A stretch of DNA of 64,000 nt from an uncultured delta proteobacterium (GCA_963822965.1 CAWGJT010000005.1:1472001-1536000); one strand, 5' to 3'; positions 11,396-22,241 are shown, numbered from the stretch's first letter. A program made the numbers and translations. The notes: a model not told the origin generated them from the letters alone.

Positions 11396-12979
11396 ATGTC
11401 CCGCCGCACGCCGCGCACGACCGACGAGGGGGAAGGGCGCGCTCCCGCCGCCAGCACGAGCAATGCCGGTGCGCGCGAGCGCGCGGCGGCCCGCCACGTG
11501 GTCGAGGCCGACATCGAGGAGCTCGGCGACCCGGAGACGGCGCCCGGCCTGCCGGCGACGACCCTGGCGGCGGCGGGCGCCCGAACGGACCGGTCCTCCA
11601 CCCTGGCCCGGCCGCGGCCGATCGGGCCGGACCGGTCCCTCGTCGGCGAGCTCCTGCGCCTCGGCTGGCCGGTGATGCTGGGCCAGGCCCTCGTCAGCCT
11701 CGCGGGGCTCGTCGACCGGGCGATGATCGGGCGCCTCGAGGGCGACATGGGATCGGCGGTTCCCCTGGCGGCCGTCGGCTACGCGACGCAGTTCTTCTCC
11801 CTGATCCAGTCCGCTCTCTTTGCCGTCGGGCTCGCGTGCGTCGCGCTGATGGCTCGCGCGATCGGGGCGGGCGATCCCCAGCGCGCCCGGGACTGCCTGG
11901 CCGCGTCGCTGCAGGTGGCGATCGGCGTGACGCTGGCCTTCACGGCGGTGATGCTGGCGGCGCCCGAGCAGCTGCTGAAAATCCTCGGCGCGCGGCCCGA
12001 CGTGATCGACAGCGCTCTCGTCTACCTGCGGCTCGTGGTGGGCTCGTCCGTGCTGCTCGCGGTCACGCTCACCCTCGACAGCGCACTGCGGGCGGACAGG
12101 AACACGCGCACGCCGATGATCATCGGCTTCGTGGTCACCGCGGTGAAGCTGGCGCTCAACTGGGTGCTCATCTTCGGCGCGCTCGGCGCGCCGCGCCTCG
12201 GGCTCGCGGGTGCGGGCTGGGCCACGGTGGCGTCCCAGCTCGTCGGCGTGGCGATCTACGTCGTGCTGGTCGCGCGGGTGCCGGCGACGGCACCCACGGC
12301 CCTCCAATGGCGCGCGCTGCTGCGGCCGCACGCCGTCGTCGGCCAGGTGATCCGCGTCGCGGCGCCGGGCGTCGCGGAGCGCGTCGTCCTGAACCTGGGG
12401 CTTCTGAGCTACTTCTGGGTGCTGTCGAGCTACTACGGCACCGTCGCCGTCGCCGCGTACTCGGTCGGCGTCCCGCTGCTTTCCTTCTCCTGGATCCCGG
12501 GCAACGGCTACGCCCAGGCGTGCGCGACCCTGGTCGGCCAGCGGCTGGGCGCCCGGGACTCTGCCGGAGCGTGGCGCGCGGGCGTGCAGGCGGCGCTGCT
12601 CGCCCTCTGCACCGCGATTCCGCTGGCGGTGCTCTTCGGCGCCCTGCGCTTTCCGCTCGCGGAGCTCTTCACGTCCGATCGCGTCGTCATCGAGGCCCTG
12701 GGTCCCTTCATGCTGGCGCTCGCGCTCGGCCAGCCCTTCCTGCAGCTGCACTTCACGCTCGGCGGAGCCCACCGCGGCGCCGGCGACACGATGACACCGC
12801 TCATCGCCGCGGCGGTCGGCAACTGGGTCTTCCGCGTGCCCGCCGCATGCTTCTGCGCGATCGTGCTCCACACCGACGTCGTCTTCGTCTGGTACGCGCT
12901 GATCTTCGACCACCTGGCGCGTGCCGTGATCCTCGGCCTGAGCTTCCGCCGGGGCAAGTGGATGACGACCCTCGAATAG
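11396..12979 (+). CDS. MATE-family efflux transporter
   Basis: LGWPVML, VDRAMIGRL, LAAVG, NTRTPM, LGLAGAGWATVASQ and GAGDT motifs; many TM helices. Start uncertain. Confidence 0.92.
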   Translation: MSRRTPRTTDEGEGRAPAASTSNAGARERAAARHVVEADIEELGDPETAPGLPATTLAAAGARTDRSSTLARPRPIGPDRSLVGELLRLGWPVMLGQALVSLAGLVDRAMIGRLEGDMGSAVPLAAVGYATQFFSLIQSALFAVGLACVALMARAIGAGDPQRARDCLAASLQVAIGVTLAFTAVMLAAPEQLLKILGARPDVIDSALVYLRLVVGSSVLLAVTLTLDSALRADRNTRTPMIIGFVVTAVKLALNWVLIFGALGAPRLGLAGAGWATVASQLVGVAIYVVLVARVPATAPTALQWRALLRPHAVVGQVIRVAAPGVAERVVLNLGLLSYFWVLSSYYGTVAVAAYSVGVPLLSFSWIPGNGYAQACATLVGQRLGARDSAGAWRAGVQAALLALCTAIPLAVLFGALRFPLAELFTSDRVVIEALGPFMLALALGQPFLQLHFTLGGAHRGAGDTMTPLIAAAVGNWVFRVPAACFCAIVLHTDVVFVWYALIFDHLARAVILGLSFRRGKWMTTLE

Positions 12980-13145
12980 CGACGATGGACGACCCGGGAC
13001 GGAGCGCCGAAGTCGGGCGCGAACCTCGGGAAGCCCTGCAGCGGACCTCCCGCAGCGCTCCCCGACCTCGAGCCCGATACGCCTGGAATGCCCTACCGTC
13101 CGCCCGTTCCCCGGAGAGGAACGAGGCCAGCGGCTCGGGGACGGG

Positions 13146-13439
13146 ATGTCGGATCGAACGGACGCAGCGGCACTCTCCCCTGAGCTGCTGGTGAAGCTCG
13201 CCCGGACGCGCATGCCCTTCGGTCGCTATGCGGGCCGGCTGCTGGTCGACCTTCCGGAGCCCTACGTGGTGTGGTTCCGCGGGCAGGGCTTCCCGCGCGG
13301 AAGGCTCGGCGAGATGCTCGCCCTGCTCTACGAGATCAAGGCGAACGGGCTCGAGTCCCTCGTCCGCCGCGTCGCCGAGCAGGAGGCCCCAGCCGAGGAC
13401 GGGCCCGCGCCTCGGACGACCGGGCGGACCCGGCGATGA
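13146..13439 (+). CDS. DUF3820-family protein
   Basis: MPFGRYAGRLLVDLPEPYVVWF...FPRGRLG...EIKANGLE signature. Confidence 0.88.
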   Translation: MSDRTDAAALSPELLVKLARTRMPFGRYAGRLLVDLPEPYVVWFRGQGFPRGRLGEMLALLYEIKANGLESLVRRVAEQEAPAEDGPAPRTTGRTRR

Positions 13440-14038
13440 AGAGCCGCTGGAACCACAACCTCCACTACCAGCGGCTGATCCTGCAGGCGGCGCCGGCCGG
13501 CTGCCGGAACGCGCTCGACGTCGGCTGCGGCGAGGGCGTGCTGGCGCGCGAGCTGCGCTCGGTGTCGGAGCGCGTCGTCGGGATCGATCTCGATCCGTCC
13601 TCGATCGAGCTGGCGCGCGCCCAGGGAGGAGAGGGCATCGAGTACGTGCTGGGCGACGTCCTCGAGCATCCCTTCGAGCCCGGAAGCTTCGACCTGGTCG
13701 CCTCGGTGGCCGCGCTGCACCACATGGACGCCGAGACCGGCCTCGCGCGCCTGGCCGGGCTCGTGCGGCCGGGGGGCGCGCTGGTCGCGATCGGCCTGGC
13801 GCGCTCGCGCTCCCTGGTCGACTACGCGTGCGACGTGGGCGGAGCGATCGCGACGCGCTGGCACAAGCACGTGCTGCGCAAGGGCTACTGGGAGCACACC
13901 GCGCCCCAGGTCTGGCCGCCGCCGCTCGACTACACGCAGGTACGACGCACCGCCGAGCGCGTGCTGCCCGGCGTCGTCTACCGGCGGCATGCGATGTGGC
14001 GCTACTCGCTCGTGTGGATGCGGCCGCCGGGCGGGTGA
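13436..14038 (+). CDS. Class I SAM-dependent methyltransferase
   Basis: WNHNLHY, ALDVGCGEG, FDLV...LHH, VRPGG; ATGA overlap with the upstream gene. Confidence 0.9.
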   Translation: MKSRWNHNLHYQRLILQAAPAGCRNALDVGCGEGVLARELRSVSERVVGIDLDPSSIELARAQGGEGIEYVLGDVLEHPFEPGSFDLVASVAALHHMDAETGLARLAGLVRPGGALVAIGLARSRSLVDYACDVGGAIATRWHKHVLRKGYWEHTAPQVWPPPLDYTQVRRTAERVLPGVVYRRHAMWRYSLVWMRPPGG

Positions 14039-14123
14039 TCGTCGAGCCTCTGCGCGGTCGTGCCGTCGTCGGATCGCCCCAGGCGGCCTCCCGAGCTGCG
14101 TCCGGGGATGGACGCGCGCGCGC

Positions 14124-15399
14124 CTATCCCGCGGCCGCGGCCAGCTCGAGCCGCGCGGGTCCCCGCACCAGGACGAGTCGACGTACTCGAGGGTCGGCCG
14201 GGCTGCGCACCCGGCCGGGCAGCAGGTCCACCAGGGCGTCCAGCGCGAGGCGCGCCTCCAGGCGCGCCAGCGAGGCGCCCAGGCAGAAGTGGATGCCGAA
14301 GCCGAAGGCCAGGTGGCCCTGGGGATTGCGATCGACCCGGAACGTGTCGGCGTCCGGGCCCCACTGGCGCTCGTCGCGGTTGGCCGAGCCCAGCAGCGGG
14401 ACCACGATGGAGCCCGCGGCGATGCGCGTGCCGGCGATCTCCACGTCGCGCGTGGCGCGCCGGAAGACGAGCTGGACCGGGCTGTCGTAGCGCAGGGCCT
14501 CCTCCACCAGGGCGGGCACGAGGCTGCGATCCGCGTGCACCCGGGCCAGCTCTTCGGGATGCGCGAGCAGCGCGCAGGTCGCGTTGCCGATCAGGTTGGT
14601 CGTCGTCTCGTTGCCCGCCGCCAGCAGCAGGATCACGAACATCACCACCTCGACGGTCGAGAGGCCGGCCTCGCCTTCCCGGGCCTGGACGAGCACGCTG
14701 ATCAGGTCGTCGCCCGGCTCGCGCTCGCGCCGCTCCACGATCGTCGCCGATGTAGCGCTGGAGGTCTCGCCATGGCGCCGGCGAAGCCGGACTCGACGGG
14801 GTCGCGGTCGCGGCCCGATCCCGAGATCCCCGAGATGATCGCGTCCGACCAGCGCTTGAAGTCGCCCATGCGCTCCGGGTCGACGCCGAGGATCTCGGCG
14901 ATGAGCGTCACCGGAAGCGGGATGGCGAGGTCGTGGACCACGTCGAAGTCGCCTCCCTCGCGAAGCCTCGCCATGCAACGGCCGACGATCTCCTGCCCGC
15001 GCGCCTCCCAGGCCTGGATCCTTCGCGGGGTGAAGCCCCGATTCACGATGCTGCGCATGACTCCGTGCGAGGGCGGGTCCTCGGCGATCAGATTGCGCGC
15101 GGTCAGCAGCTCGTGGACCTTGAAGGGCAGCGACTGCGCCAGGGCGATCATCCGCTGCGAGGGTCGCCGGATCGCTCCATGGCCTGGGGTCCCGAGCCGC
15201 TGATCAGCATGGTGCGCATGGCGTCCGACGAGAAGAGCTCCGGGCTCTTGAGCACGAAGGCGACGTCCTCGTAGCGCGAGACCACCCAGCCGCGCGTCGC
15301 CTCCGCCCAGTGGACGGGGGCCTCGTCGCGCAGCGCGGCGTACCAGGGGTAGGGGTTCTCGCGCACGGCGGGTGAGAACGGGTCGTACTGGGTCGTCAT
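14124..15399 (-). CDS. Cytochrome P450, broken by at least two frameshifts (about 15160 and 14765)
   Basis: Consecutive frames give NPYPWYAALR...; DPPSH...RGFTPRRI...PLPVTLIAEILGV; DDLIS...AAGNETT...EEALR...HLAFGFGIHFCLGA. Confidence 0.88.
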
Positions 15400-16143
15400 C
15401 GCGACGGGTCTCCTTGGCTCTCTTCTTCGAGGGGCGAAGAGGCCGCTTCGGCGGGCGCGAATGGATGCAGGGGGCGGAACCAGCCGAGGCGCTCCGACGC
15501 CGAGCAGGCGGCGCGCGGTGCGCACGAGGTCCCGGCGATGGGCGGCGAGCTCGGCGGAAGCAAGCGGATCGAAGTCCTCGCCGGGCAGCACGCTGCGCAG
15601 CGCCGCGAAGTAGAAGACCGACGCACCGACGATGGCGCTGATCACGTGGAAGGGATCGGGCCGGATGGGATTCAGCTCGCCCGATCGCTGGCCTTCCTCG
15701 AACAGGCGGCGGCTCATGGCGAGGAAGGCCGGGGCGCGCGGGAAGATGGGCTCGGGGTCGTCGGTCGGGGCGTCGGCCGCCTTGCGCAGGATGAGCCGCG
15801 CCATGGCGGGGCGCGCCGCGAGCGCATCCACCCAGACCTCGATCGAGGCGTCGATCCGGTCGGCGAGCGGGCCGCGGCCCGCCAGGACGGCCTCGAGCCG
15901 GGACAGGAGATCGGCGAAGACGTCCTCGACCACGGCCTCGTAGAGCGCCCGCTTGTCGCGGAAGTGGTAGAAGAGTGCGGCGCGCTTCAGCCCGACCTCG
16001 TCGGCCACGTCTTCGAGCCGCGTCTCGCGGAAGCCGCGCTGGGCGAACTGGCGCTCGGCTGCGGCGAGGATGGCGGCCCGCGTGCGCTCGGCCTTGGTCC
16101 GCCAGGGCGTCGAATTCGGGGTGGAGAGAGCGTGACCGGGCAT
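15396..16143 (-). CDS. TetR/AcrR-family transcriptional regulator (3' end probably frameshifted)
   Basis: TRAAILAAAERQFAQRGF.ETRLEDVADEVGLKRAALFYHFRDK. As assembled it reads into the P450 start; an alternative frame ends EEESQGDPSR* with TGA overlapping the P450 ATG. Confidence 0.88.
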
Positions 16144-16150
16144 CGAGGCG

Positions 16151-16205
16151 ATTTTCTACTAGCGAGTAGATTGTGTCCAGAAGAATCGACCGCGGAGTAG
16201 AAAAT
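16151..16205. promoter_or_regulatory. Candidate TetR operator
   Basis: TCTACT-AGCG-AGTAGA palindrome (16155-16170) plus the longer inverted pair ATTTTCTACT (16151-16160) / AGTAGAAAAT (16196-16205), just upstream of the tetR start. Confidence 0.6.
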
Positions 16206-16274
16206 ACCTCCGGTACGAAAGCGGCTCGTGCGTCAGCTCCTCGACGACCTCGAGGGGCTCGCCCCGCCGAGCGC

Positions 16275-17867
16275 TCAGCCGCCCGACACCCCGAGCTCGC
16301 GCGCTACCTCCATCGCACAGCCATACCCCGGAAGGAACGTGACGCCCGGACCGGGGTGGCAGCTGGCGCCGCAGAGATAGAGGCCCGGGACCGGCGTGCG
16401 GTGCGCGGAGCCGGGAACGAGCGTGCGCGCGCCCAGCATCTGGTCGGGGTGGATGAGGCCATGGGTGAAGTCGCCGCCGGTCGCGCCCTGCATGGCGGCG
16501 AAGTGATCCGAAGAGAAGACGGCCGACTCGACGATCAGCGCGCGGAAGCCGGGATACACCTGGCCGATGCGATCGATGATGCGTTCGGCCATCTCGTCGC
16601 GCAGCTTGCCGCGCGCCTGCTTCGGCGCCTCGCAGGGAAAGTAGAAGCCATACGTGGTGCCGAGGTGGTAGCCCTCGGGCGCGAGCGTCGGATCGACCAC
16701 CGTGGGGATCTGCAGCGCGGCGGGCGGGTTGCGGGGCAGCTCGCCGGCAATGCACGCCTCGTAGCTCGCCTGCAGGTCGTCGGGGTCGGCGAAGAGCGAC
16801 ATGTTGAAGCGCGTGAAGGGGTCGGCGTTCAGGTACTCGAGCGGCGGCCCGTAGCGCGGCAGCCCCTTCAGCTTGAAGAGCAGGTGCACGTAGGCGCCGC
16901 GCTGGTCGATGCCGCGGATGCGCTCGGCGGTCTCCGCCGGCACGTGCTCCTCGCCGACCAGGCCGAAGAACGTGGCGGGCTTGTCGAGATTCGAGAGCAC
17001 CGCCCGCGCCCGGATCTGCTCGCCGTCGCGCAGCTCCACCCCCACCGCCCGGCCGTCCTCGACCAGGATCCGTCGCACGGCCGTCCCGAGCCGCACCTCG
17101 CCGCCCTTGGCCTCGATCGAGCGCTGCAGCGCCTCGGAGAGCGACCCCATGCCGCCGCGCACCCGCTTCATCAGCCCGCCCGCGTCGTTGGGCGAGAGCG
17201 TGTAGACGAGGCAGAAGGCGCTGCCCTTCGTGTACGGCCCCTTGTAGGTCGACTGCACGGCCGCGAACGCCAGCAGCGCCCGCAGCGGCCGATGCTTCTC
17301 CTTGTCGGGGAAGAAGCGATCGATGAGATCCATCGCGCTACCCCGGAACGCCAGCTCCAGCTGCCGGCGCACCCGCGCGCTCGGCGCGGCCGCCAGCAGG
17401 GCCTCCATGTCGCGCGGCTCGCTGCCGGCCTCGTAGCGGGCCATCACCTTCGCGGGTTGCCGCGTGAAGGCGACGAGGCGCGCGAAGCCCAGCAGTGCGC
17501 TCGTGCCGAAGCGGCGCCAGATGCCGAAGGCCAGGCGGAGGGGGTTGGAGTAGAAGACCACGGGCGGGTCGTCGGGCCCCGAGAGCGTGCACGACATCAC
17601 GGGCAGGTCGATCAGCTCGACCCCGTAGCGGGCGAGCTCGAGCTCCTCCATCAAGCCGGGTGCGAGCGGGAAGAGCAGCGAGGCGCCGACGTCGTTGCGG
17701 CAGCCGGTCAGGATCTCACGGGTCCCCGCCATGCCGCCCGGGTAGCGGTTCTTCTCGAGGCAGACGACGTGCAGGCCGCGCTTGGCGAGGAGGGCGGCTG
17801 CGGCCAGGCCGTTGTGACCGGCTCCGACGATGACGGCGTCGACTTCCTGCAATGGGATCTCCTCCAT
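16275..17867 (-). CDS. Phytoene dehydrogenase-like FAD-dependent oxidoreductase
   Basis: VIVGAGHNGL, RGGMGSLS, DPTLAPEGYH, GLYLCGASCHPGPGV. Confidence 0.9.
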   Translation of the reverse strand: MEEIPLQEVDAVIVGAGHNGLAAAALLAKRGLHVVCLEKNRYPGGMAGTREILTGCRNDVGASLLFPLAPGLMEELELARYGVELIDLPVMSCTLSGPDDPPVVFYSNPLRLAFGIWRRFGTSALLGFARLVAFTRQPAKVMARYEAGSEPRDMEALLAAAPSARVRRQLELAFRGSAMDLIDRFFPDKEKHRPLRALLAFAAVQSTYKGPYTKGSAFCLVYTLSPNDAGGLMKRVRGGMGSLSEALQRSIEAKGGEVRLGTAVRRILVEDGRAVGVELRDGEQIRARAVLSNLDKPATFFGLVGEEHVPAETAERIRGIDQRGAYVHLLFKLKGLPRYGPPLEYLNADPFTRFNMSLFADPDDLQASYEACIAGELPRNPPAALQIPTVVDPTLAPEGYHLGTTYGFYFPCEAPKQARGKLRDEMAERIIDRIGQVYPGFRALIVESAVFSSDHFAAMQGATGGDFTHGLIHPDQMLGARTLVPGSAHRTPVPGLYLCGASCHPGPGVTFLPGYGCAMEVARELGVSGG

Positions 17868-17986
17868 CCATCTGGTGCCGGGTGGCCCGCTCGGGGGCTC
17901 GTCCGGGCGGTCGGCGGCGCGGGAGAACAATAGAGGACAACCGCTCGGAATTGACCGACCCTTGCCGCGAGCGCCACGGAGACCGG

Positions 17987-19201
17987 ATGGACCTGCGCGG
18001 GAACCTCACCCTGGGCGGCCGCGTGGCGCGCGCCCTGACCCGCATCGCCGCCGACCGCACCCGGGAGTGGCGCGGCGCCGCCCTGCCGAGAACCCCCGAG
18101 CAGATCGCCCGGCCGGAGGTCGTCAACGCGTTGCTTGCGGCGCACGGCGACGATCCGCTGCCCCGGGTCATCCGGGTGGGCCTGCCCGACGTCCGCTTCG
18201 AGAGCAGCAACTGCCAGAACTTCCTGATCGAGGTCGAGTGGGAGGACCCGATCGGCCGCGAGGGCGCGCCCCTTCCCGAGAGCCTCTACGTCAAGCTGCC
18301 GTGCGCCGAGCTGGGCACGCGTGCCTTCGCGAACGCGGTGGGCTTCTGGGCGGTGGAGTGCGCGTTCGCTCGCCGCGTGGCTCGGCAGGTGCCCATCCGC
18401 GTGCCCCACGTGTTCGCCGTCTCCGAGCAGGGCGCCCGCTTCGTGCTGCTGCTCGAGAACCTGCACGAGGAGCCCGGCACCCGGCTCTTCACGAATCGTG
18501 ACATGGCCGCGGGGACGACGGTCGAGCAGGCGCGCCTGTGCCTGGAGACCTTCGCGGAGCTGCACGCGGCCTGGTGGGGCGTGGAGGAGGCGCACAGGGA
18601 GGCGCTCTTTCCGACCTCCCTTCACCCCTACCTGGCGCCGGGGGCTCGCGTGCTCACCCGTGCCTTGAACGCCGCCGGAATTGCGCCCGCGCACCGCGCC
18701 GCACCGGATCTCTTCGCCGAGCGCCACGCCGCGCTCTGCCGGCTCGCCATCTCGAAGTGGGATGCACTCGTCGACGCCTGGTACGCCGGCCCGCTCACCC
18801 TGATCCACGGCGACAGCCATCTCGCCAACTGCTTCGAGTACCTGCACGAGGGCGTACCTCGGATGGGGATGATCGACTTCCAAGGGATGCAGTGGTGCCA
18901 CGGCATGCGCGACGTCCAGTACTTCCTGATCAACTCCCTCGATCCGGAGGTGCTGGCCGCGCACGAGGGGGCGCTGATCCAGGCGTATGTGGATGCGCTG
19001 GCAACACGAGGCGTGGAGCTCGACATGGGCGAAGCCTGGGAGAGATACCGCGCGTACTCCTTCCAGACGCTGATGGTGGCGGTGGTCTCCCTGGGGCTCG
19101 GGTCGCTGACGGAGAGGGACGCGACCCTGAGGACGGTGCTCGCGAGGGGCGTAGCGGCGGTGGAGAGGGTGGGCTTTCGCGAGTGGCTGGAGCAGGCGTG
19201 A
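17987..19201 (+). CDS. APH/ecdysteroid-kinase-like phosphotransferase
   Basis: YVKLP, LLLENL, LAELHA-like, TLIHGDSHLAN, IDFQ, RDVQYF. Confidence 0.85.
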   Translation: MDLRGNLTLGGRVARALTRIAADRTREWRGAALPRTPEQIARPEVVNALLAAHGDDPLPRVIRVGLPDVRFESSNCQNFLIEVEWEDPIGREGAPLPESLYVKLPCAELGTRAFANAVGFWAVECAFARRVARQVPIRVPHVFAVSEQGARFVLLLENLHEEPGTRLFTNRDMAAGTTVEQARLCLETFAELHAAWWGVEEAHREALFPTSLHPYLAPGARVLTRALNAAGIAPAHRAAPDLFAERHAALCRLAISKWDALVDAWYAGPLTLIHGDSHLANCFEYLHEGVPRMGMIDFQGMQWCHGMRDVQYFLINSLDPEVLAAHEGALIQAYVDALATRGVELDMGEAWERYRAYSFQTLMVAVVSLGLGSLTERDATLRTVLARGVAAVERVGFREWLEQA

Positions 19202-19221
19202 GGCGCTCCCCGCGCGGCGAA

Positions 19222-20850
19222 TCAGCCGGCGGCCTTCCGCAACTCGAAGCCCTCGTAGTCGTTCCCGGCGACCTCGTCGCAGCGTTCCCGGTAGACGTCC
19301 ATGCCGCCGACGTACGGCATGAACACCCGGGTCTTCCCCGGAATGTTCGCGCCCACGTACCAGGAATTCGCGCGGGGGAAGAGCGTCGCGTCCGCCTGTT
19401 CGGAGACGTGCTTCACCCATTCCTCTTCCGCGTCTTCCTTGGCTTCGATGCGTGCGATGCCGTGCTCGCGCAGCCAGGCGATGCAGTTCGAGATCCACTC
19501 GACGTGTTGCTCGATGGCCACCGGCATGTTGGTCAGCACCGACGGGCTGCCGGGGCCGGTCACCGTGAACAGGTTCGGGAAGCCGGCCATCTGGATCCCG
19601 AGGTAGGTTCGCGGGCCGTCTTCCCACTTCTCGCGGAGGCTTCGCCCGCCGGTGCCGCGGATGTCCATCTTCAGCAGCGCGCCCGTCATCGCGTCGAAGC
19701 CCGTGGCGAAGACGATCACGTCCACCTCGTGCTCGGCCTCGGTGGTGCGGATGCCGTGGGCCGTGATCTCGACGATGGGCGTCTCGCGCACGTTCACGAG
19801 GGTGACGTTGTCCCGGTTGAAGGTCTCGTAGTAGCCGGTGTCGATCGGCGGACGCTTGGTGCCGTAGGGATGGTCGTGGGGCAGGAGCATCTCGGCGACG
19901 GCCGGGTCCTCGACGGTCTCGCGGATCTTGGCGCGGATGAACTCGGCGGCCGTCTCGTTGGCCGCCTCGTTCTCGAGCAGGTCCGCGAAGGAGCCCGCCA
20001 TGAACTTGAGCCCGCCGTCTTCCCAGAGCTGCTCGTAGACGGCGTTGCGTTCCTCGGGCGTCGCCTCCGCGGCCAGCCTCTCGCTCGCGAGGTAGGGGAA
20101 GCCGAAGGGCGATCGCCGGCAGGTGTCGCGAATCACGCGGTATCGCGCCTTGATGTCCGCGGCCTGCTCCGGCGAGAGCGGCGCGTTGCGGGCCGGCACG
20201 CTGAAGTTGGGCGTCCGCTGAAAGACGGTGAGATGGTCCGCTTCGGCGGCGATGACCGGTGTGGCCTGGATTCCGGTCGACCCCGTGCCGATGAGCGCGA
20301 CCCGCTTGCCGGTGAAGTCCACGCCCTCGTGGGGCCAGGCGCCGGTGTGGTAGTGCTCGCCCTCGAAGCGCTCGAGGCCCTCGAAGTCGGGCAGGTTGCT
20401 CGACGACAGACAGCCCACGGCGCTGATCACGAACTGCGCACGCACCGGCTCGCCGGAGCTCGTGCGGACGTTCCAGCGGTTGTCGCCCTCGGCGAAGGTG
20501 GCGCCTTCGACGCGCGTGTCGAGCTGGATGTCGCGTCGAAGGTCGAAGCGGTCCGCCACGTGGTTCAGATAGCGGAGGATCTCCGGCTGCTCGGGGTACT
20601 TGCTGGTCCACTCCCATTCCTGCTCCAGCTCGGGAGAGAAGGAGAAGGAGTAGTAGTAGCTCTCGGAGTCACAGCGCGCGCCCGGGTAGCGATTCCAGTA
20701 CCAGGTGCCGCCAACGCCGCCGCCGGCCTCGTAGAGGCGCACGTTCAGGTGCAGCTGGTCTCGCAGCCGGTGCAGCATGTACAGGCCGGAAAATCCGGCT
20801 CCGATGATCAGCGCGTCGAGCTCACGCGGATTCTCCTGGCGCGATGACAT
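19222..20850 (-). CDS. Type I Baeyer-Villiger monooxygenase (cyclohexanone monooxygenase-like)
   Basis: GAGFSG, GGTWYWNRYPGARCD, FEGEHYHTGAWP fingerprint, GTGSTG, ATGFDA. Confidence 0.95.
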   Translation of the reverse strand: MSSRQENPRELDALIIGAGFSGLYMLHRLRDQLHLNVRLYEAGGGVGGTWYWNRYPGARCDSESYYYSFSFSPELEQEWEWTSKYPEQPEILRYLNHVADRFDLRRDIQLDTRVEGATFAEGDNRWNVRTSSGEPVRAQFVISAVGCLSSSNLPDFEGLERFEGEHYHTGAWPHEGVDFTGKRVALIGTGSTGIQATPVIAAEADHLTVFQRTPNFSVPARNAPLSPEQAADIKARYRVIRDTCRRSPFGFPYLASERLAAEATPEERNAVYEQLWEDGGLKFMAGSFADLLENEAANETAAEFIRAKIRETVEDPAVAEMLLPHDHPYGTKRPPIDTGYYETFNRDNVTLVNVRETPIVEITAHGIRTTEAEHEVDVIVFATGFDAMTGALLKMDIRGTGGRSLREKWEDGPRTYLGIQMAGFPNLFTVTGPGSPSVLTNMPVAIEQHVEWISNCIAWLREHGIARIEAKEDAEEEWVKHVSEQADATLFPRANSWYVGANIPGKTRVFMPYVGGMDVYRERCDEVAGNDYEGFELRKAAG

Positions 20851-21080
20851 GGGACTCTCCGTTTCGTCGCCCGCCGGACGACAGCACATCGAATGGCATC
20901 CCGGACCCGGCCGTGTGGCATCGACCCCGGACGCTAGGCCGTATCCTACCACTCGCCTGCGGCCCCGGCCGCCCGGGGTCAGCGCGCCAGGCGGCCGTCC
21001 TGGCCGCCCGTGCCCGCGCGCTGGTACAGTGCCTGGGAATCGGACGCCTGACCGGGCAGTCCGCTCCTCGGGAGGTGGAC

Positions 21081-22241
21081 ATGGACTTCGGCATCGCGGT
21101 GGCGTCGTCGACGGAGAGCTGGCGCGCGGTGAAGCGCGCCGAGGCGCTGGGCTTCAAGTACGCCTGGTTCTACGACACGCAGCTGCTCAACCCGGACGTC
21201 TTCGTGTGCATGGCCCTGGCTGCGCGTGAGACGAAGAAGATCCGGCTCGGTACGGGCGTGATGATCCCCTCGAACCGGATCTCTCCCGTGGCCGCGAACG
21301 GCCTGGCGACCCTCAACAAGCTGGCTCCCGGTCGCATCGACTTCGGCGTGGGCACGGGCTTCACCGGCCGGCGCACCATGGGCCAGCGCGCCATCAAGCT
21401 CGCCGACATGGAGCGCTACATCGCCGAGGTGCAGGGTCTCCTGCGCGGCGAGACCGTCGCGGCCCGGCTCGAGGGCGAAACGAAGAAGATCCGCTTCCTG
21501 AACCCCGATCTCGGCCTGATCAACATCAAGTCGAAGATCCCCCTGCACGTCTCCGCCTTCGGCCCCAACGCGCGCGCGCTGGTGGCGAAGCTCGGCGCCG
21601 GCTGGGCGTTCTTCACCGGCTCGGTCGGCCCCGCGATCGGCGCGCTCTCGGACATGCAGCGCACCTGGCGCGAGGCCGGCCGCAGCGAGAAGCTCTATGC
21701 CAACGTATTCACGCTCGGCTGTGTGCTGCGCCCGGGCGAGCGGCCGACGAGCCGGCGCGCGATCGCCCAGGCCGGCCCGCTCGCGGCAGTGTTCTTCCAC
21801 GACCTGGTCGAGCGCGGCACGCTCGGAGAGCTGGTCGGCGCGCTCCCCCCGTCGCTGGCGGAAGCCGTCGAGCAGTACCGGAAGATCTACGAGCAGTACG
21901 AGCCCGCCGACGCGCGCTGGCTCTCGGTTCACCGCGGCCACCTGATGTTCGTACGACCCGAAGAGAAGCCCTTCATGACGAAGGAGCTGATCGAGGGTCT
22001 CACGTTCACGGGCACGCCCGACGTCCTTCGCGGTCGCGTCGAGGAGCTGCGCGACGCGGGCTACACGCAGTTCACCGTGCAGCTCGTCGAAGGCCAGGAG
22101 GACGCGCTCGCCGACTGGGCGAAGCTGTTCGGCCCGCTGGGGTTGAAGAAGAGCGGTGCCAAGAAGGCCGGCGCCAAGAAGCCCTCGCGGAGCAGGTCCA
22201 AGCCTCCGGCGGCGAAGAAGAAGCGCGTCGCAAGGCGCTGA
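21081..22241 (+). CDS. LLM-class (luciferase-like) flavin-dependent oxidoreductase with Lys/Arg-rich tail
   Basis: AEALGF..AWFYD, IRLGTGV, LAPGRIDFGVGTG; GGAGG RBS. Confidence 0.9.
   Translation: MDFGIAVASSTESWRAVKRAEALGFKYAWFYDTQLLNPDVFVCMALAARETKKIRLGTGVMIPSNRISPVAANGLATLNKLAPGRIDFGVGTGFTGRRTMGQRAIKLADMERYIAEVQGLLRGETVAARLEGETKKIRFLNPDLGLINIKSKIPLHVSAFGPNARALVAKLGAGWAFFTGSVGPAIGALSDMQRTWREAGRSEKLYANVFTLGCVLRPGERPTSRRAIAQAGPLAAVFFHDLVERGTLGELVGALPPSLAEAVEQYRKIYEQYEPADARWLSVHRGHLMFVRPEEKPFMTKELIEGLTFTGTPDVLRGRVEELRDAGYTQFTVQLVEGQEDALADWAKLFGPLGLKKSGAKKAGAKKPSRSRSKPPAAKKKRVARR

Noticed and set aside
15148..16143. Apparent TetR-P450 fusion
   Set aside because: An alternative frame ends with TGA overlapping the P450 ATG, which has its own AAGGAG RBS. 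An indel explains it better.
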